Positions 60,870-64,000 of a DNA stretch of 64,000 nucleotides are shown in pieces. The notes below the pieces were generated by a model. The model saw only the letters and a program-made list of their open reading frames with translations, was not told the origin of the DNA and ran no database searches. This DNA comes from Takakia lepidozioides (Eukaryota > Plantae > Bryophyta). The stretch lies in the NCBI GenBank assembly GCA_030704615.1, contig CM060734.1, positions 47,864,001 through 47,928,000 of the forward strand. Reading direction: 5' to 3'. How positions within the stretch are numbered: the stretch's first letter is position 1; every line of letters starts with the position of its first letter. Position numbers and translations under genes: made by a program.

Positions 60870-61020
60870 TTTGGCACCCTATTCCTGCTCCACGCTAAAC
60901 TAGCTTCCAACCTTCGGTCGTCGCTAGAACTAGGGCTTCGCGTTGCTCCCCACTACCAGCGACAACTTCTGAGAAGGACATCCGGACGGATGGGCCATAC
61001 ATGAGAGAGAGTACGGATCA
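60870..61020. mobile_element. Hairpin-bearing repeat module, putative Helitron/Helentron-family terminus; partial second copy at 53459-53506
   Basis: AACTAGGGCTTCGCGTTGCTCC(G/C)CACTAC(T/C)AGCGAC..TTCTGAGAA occurs twice; inverted repeat GTCGTCGCTAG (60917) / CCAGCGACAAC (60956); several CTAG motifs. The superfamily assignment is inference. Confidence 0.4.
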
Positions 61021-61148
61021 TGCAGCTGCCAAAATGTCAGTCACGCAGTTCCGATTGGTAGGGGGGAGGGAGTTGGAGGGGTTTTCCATGGGTTGTCTTG
61101 GTACAACTAGTAGAGAAGGAGGATGGTCTTTATAAAATATGGTGGCCC

Positions 61149-61898
61149 TTACATGGAACGTTCAAATGTGTCTAATTTAAGCTCTACCAAGCTATGCTGT
61201 TGCTCTAGTTGTCGTTGTTCGACTCTATCTCCTCTCGTGCTTTGGAATGAAAGCCCGTGTTTCTTGTAACGGAAATTCATCCAATATCGGATGTTACACT
61301 TGACTGCAACGAGATCCCCTGAGCATACGGATTCTCCATCCATTTTTTGGCCATTTTCGTTAAGGACTTCTATTGTATTGTACATCTCGTCGTTGTTTGT
61401 TTTTTGACGTTTACCAGACGTCGAGCCAGAGTTGTTTGCGTTAGTTTTTAGGAGCTTTTTTGTGAAGCTCGTGTTGTTTCCACCCATCCACGTCATGTCC
61501 CCGCCTCTCCTCCTCTAATTATTGGACCATTCTGTTATTGTATTTGCGTAGTCGAACAGGAAATGGTTGTCTTTTAACAATATTGTGAATTTTGCGTCTT
61601 TTAGTTCTTCGGCAAAAGTCACGAATCTGTAATTCCCGGTTTTGCCAAGGTAGGGGAATTTTGCAATACCTACGAAGATTGTTATTTCTTCACGGTCCCA
61701 AGGGACATTCCACAAGGCGTAGTGGAAGTTTGTACTGTAGGCAGGCGCTTCCATGAGTTCCCCACCTTTAGGGCATGATGGTCATTGGACGTGAAACTGT
61801 CGTATATCACGTTTGTCACGTCTTGGTGGGTTAGGTATTTCCTGGATTTGTTGTTCCGTTACAGTGTCTATTGTGTCAGCTATTTCCGACGTTGACAT
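61149..61898 (-). pseudogene. Intronless ~250-codon ORF with two in-frame stops, resembling T7 gp2.5-type ssDNA-binding proteins
   Basis: ATG at 61898 is in frame with ORF-track 61515-61754 and 61149-61496. Motifs TIFVGIAKFPYLGK...AKFTILL and IEVLNENGQKMDGESVCSGDLVAVKCNIRYW...HGLSFQ. Upstream: pyrimidine-rich leader and telo-box AAACCCTAA (61964-61972). The ORF itself is well supported; the fold call is tentative. Confidence 0.45.
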
Positions 61899-64000
61899 GG
61901 TTGTTTGTATGTATGGTGTAGAGAAAAAGAGACAGAGAGATCGGTGGATTTTTGAGGAGAATTAAACCCTAAGAGTGCGACTTTAAAATTAATCACGCTA
62001 ATCTATAGAACTGTGGCTTTCTCTCTCAAGGTTGATGCTATACCGCTTTGCTAGGAAGTTAGGTGCAAAGTGCAATGTAACAGTATGTTATATTCCTCTA
62101 CTTCACCTGCATTTCCAAACAAGGTGTCACTGTTAAACCTTATGGCTATCTTTCTTGCTTGTCTACTGTGTGTAAGTCGGCATATTTTTGGCTACCCAAA
62201 GACTGGATCTCACAACTGGCTTGTTTTGCAACTGCCCTTGGCAAATGACCATCCTAATTGCAAAATGCAGTTCTAACATTATGTAGATATAGTCTACTCT
62301 GCCCACCACAGTCCAGTTTTCTTAATAGTAGACACCAGAGTCATAGAGCGATCATTTGAGAGACAGCGGAACGAGCTGCTAAAAGAGGGTGAGCAAGTGA
62401 CAGAGACAGAGGATTTGCAGATAAGAGGATATGGACCACAGCTGGAGAGAGAGCAAGTAAGTGAGGCGGTATCTTATAACTAGCAAAGCAATATTGGTGC
62501 AGGCTGGAGGCTGGTCAAATCAGGACCACACATGGCATGGTGGAGAAGAGAAAGTAAGGAAAGGAGAGCAGGGAAAGAAACAGAAAGGTAAGCAGGGTGC
62601 AAGACACATCAATCTAATGCAAGATTGAACCAGGAGACAAAGACATGAGTGACATCAGCCATGCAAATCTAACTGTTGACAACCAACTCAAACTACTATT
62701 TTCTCACAGTTTCTACCATTTTACTTGTGAAGGTATGAGCACTTTGAATGAAGCCAGTGTCAATTGTGACAGGCTGTGTACAAAAAACAACTTGGTGAAC
62801 ATATCATGAAAAGATTAAAATCCCGTGCAACGACAAATGAACTGAACACTGTACTCTCTACCCACAAATATACGAACTCCAGAGATTGGAAGCACCCCTC
62901 CTCCAGGATCTGTCAAATTCATTAGAGAGAGACTTGGAGAGGACAGAAACAACAACCACTTCCAAAACCATGTCCTACACATTTCACCAACAGTGTCTGC
63001 ACTGACACCAATTGAATAATTAATCGGTTAAATTAACAAAGTGATAGAGAGCCTCCCAATTGTCACCTTCTCAGGGTGGGCTCCCACAATCTACAGATAG
63101 AGACTGGCAAATGGGGAAACCTACGACGGAGAACCGCCTATGCCCAGCTTGCATAGGCGAGTTATCCTACGGACAGGCAACCAGCAGCAGGCCTTGAGAA
63201 GACCAGGGAGTGTGCTAGAAGGTAGTCTACACCAGTGGCTTCCATCCTGCAGCACTCCACTTTCGTGCTTCACTTCTATGCAACTGATACAAAAGCTGCT
63301 TGCAAAAGAAGGTGCGAAGCAGAGGGGAAGCATTTGCAGCTGACATGTCAGCTCCAGATCATAGGGAGGACAACAGTGCAATAGCATTATCAGCAGGATC
63401 TAGGTTGGACCATAAACAAAGGACGTAGGGAAATTGACAAATGCATAGAAGCCCTGGCTTATCTTCATTCGGGAGACGATTAGACAAGAGCTGAAGGAGC
63501 GGTTGCAATACTGAAGAACTTTGACTGAAAAACATATCTAGGTTATATCTGTCCCATATTATCAAACGCTGAGCCTATTTTATTCTTCTCTTAACGACTG
63601 CGACCAAGTCATTTTTGGCTGACTGGTTCAAAAATGCAAATAGCAAAATGCACATAGCAATGAAGCTCTACCTAGAGCTTGCATGACTTGGTTCGATCAA
63701 ACAAGAGGAACTCAGTTCTTCTGGTATCAAACACAACCCCGTGTGTTATGCCTTATGGCAGCCTTCGGGCCCCCAAGGGTTTTAATTTTTTTCCCTTCCA
63801 ATAATTATAAATAAAGCTCCAAAGGGCTTCCACCCCTTTCCCCTAAAATAAAATTTAAAAATATATATATAGTTCAATTACATATTAAGTTAAAACTCTT
63901 AAGATCATACTGATTAATGAGTTACTGATGGGCTTTGGCAAGACAAGAGTTGGTAAACAAAAGCCCAACTTATAGAGTTTTAAGGTTGGTTAGTGGCACA

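Noticed and set aside
63120-63402. Upstream CDC20 exon
   Set aside because: Exon-like boundaries, but multiple stops and no WD40 or C-box similarity.

Overview
Eukaryotic nuclear DNA from a land plant with GT-AG introns and many PLS-class PPR-DYW RNA-editing-factor sequences; a seed-free plant is plausible but is inference only. All homology calls come from motif recognition by eye, not database searches. Four apparently intact genes lie on the minus strand: a PRD3/PAIR1-like meiotic double-strand-break factor (~19.4-25.2 kb, 3' end uncertain), a rhomboid-like RBL19/TMEM115 gene (29.8-34.1 kb), a class-A GATA transcription factor (38.0-39.5 kb) and a SAP30-binding protein/HCNGP-like gene (~49.6-52.8 kb). 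A truncated RMA/RNF5-type RING gene (+, 27.9-28.6 kb) sits behind a 64-bp tandem promoter repeat. Both window ends (0.7-7 kb, 54.7-60.6 kb) are mosaics of broken PPR-DYW genes mixed with captured exon pieces of unrelated genes (EF-Tu, a receptor-like kinase, CDC20, one unidentified exon in 3 copies). Mobile DNA comprises a decayed chromodomain Ty3/gypsy element with both LTRs (10661-16756, TGGAT TSD, TA...TA termini), a copia RT remnant, three LINE 3' ends, CACTA ends, a hAT MITE and tRNA-derived SINEs. Two findings stand out. (1) The PRD3-like coiled coil has been lengthened by ~167 aa through frame-preserving exon+intron tandem duplications that create symmetric, skippable chimeric exons. 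(2) A decayed ~250-codon intronless ORF at 61.1-61.9 kb resembles phage T7 gp2.5-type ssDNA-binding proteins and lies next to a putative rolling-circle-transposon hairpin module.
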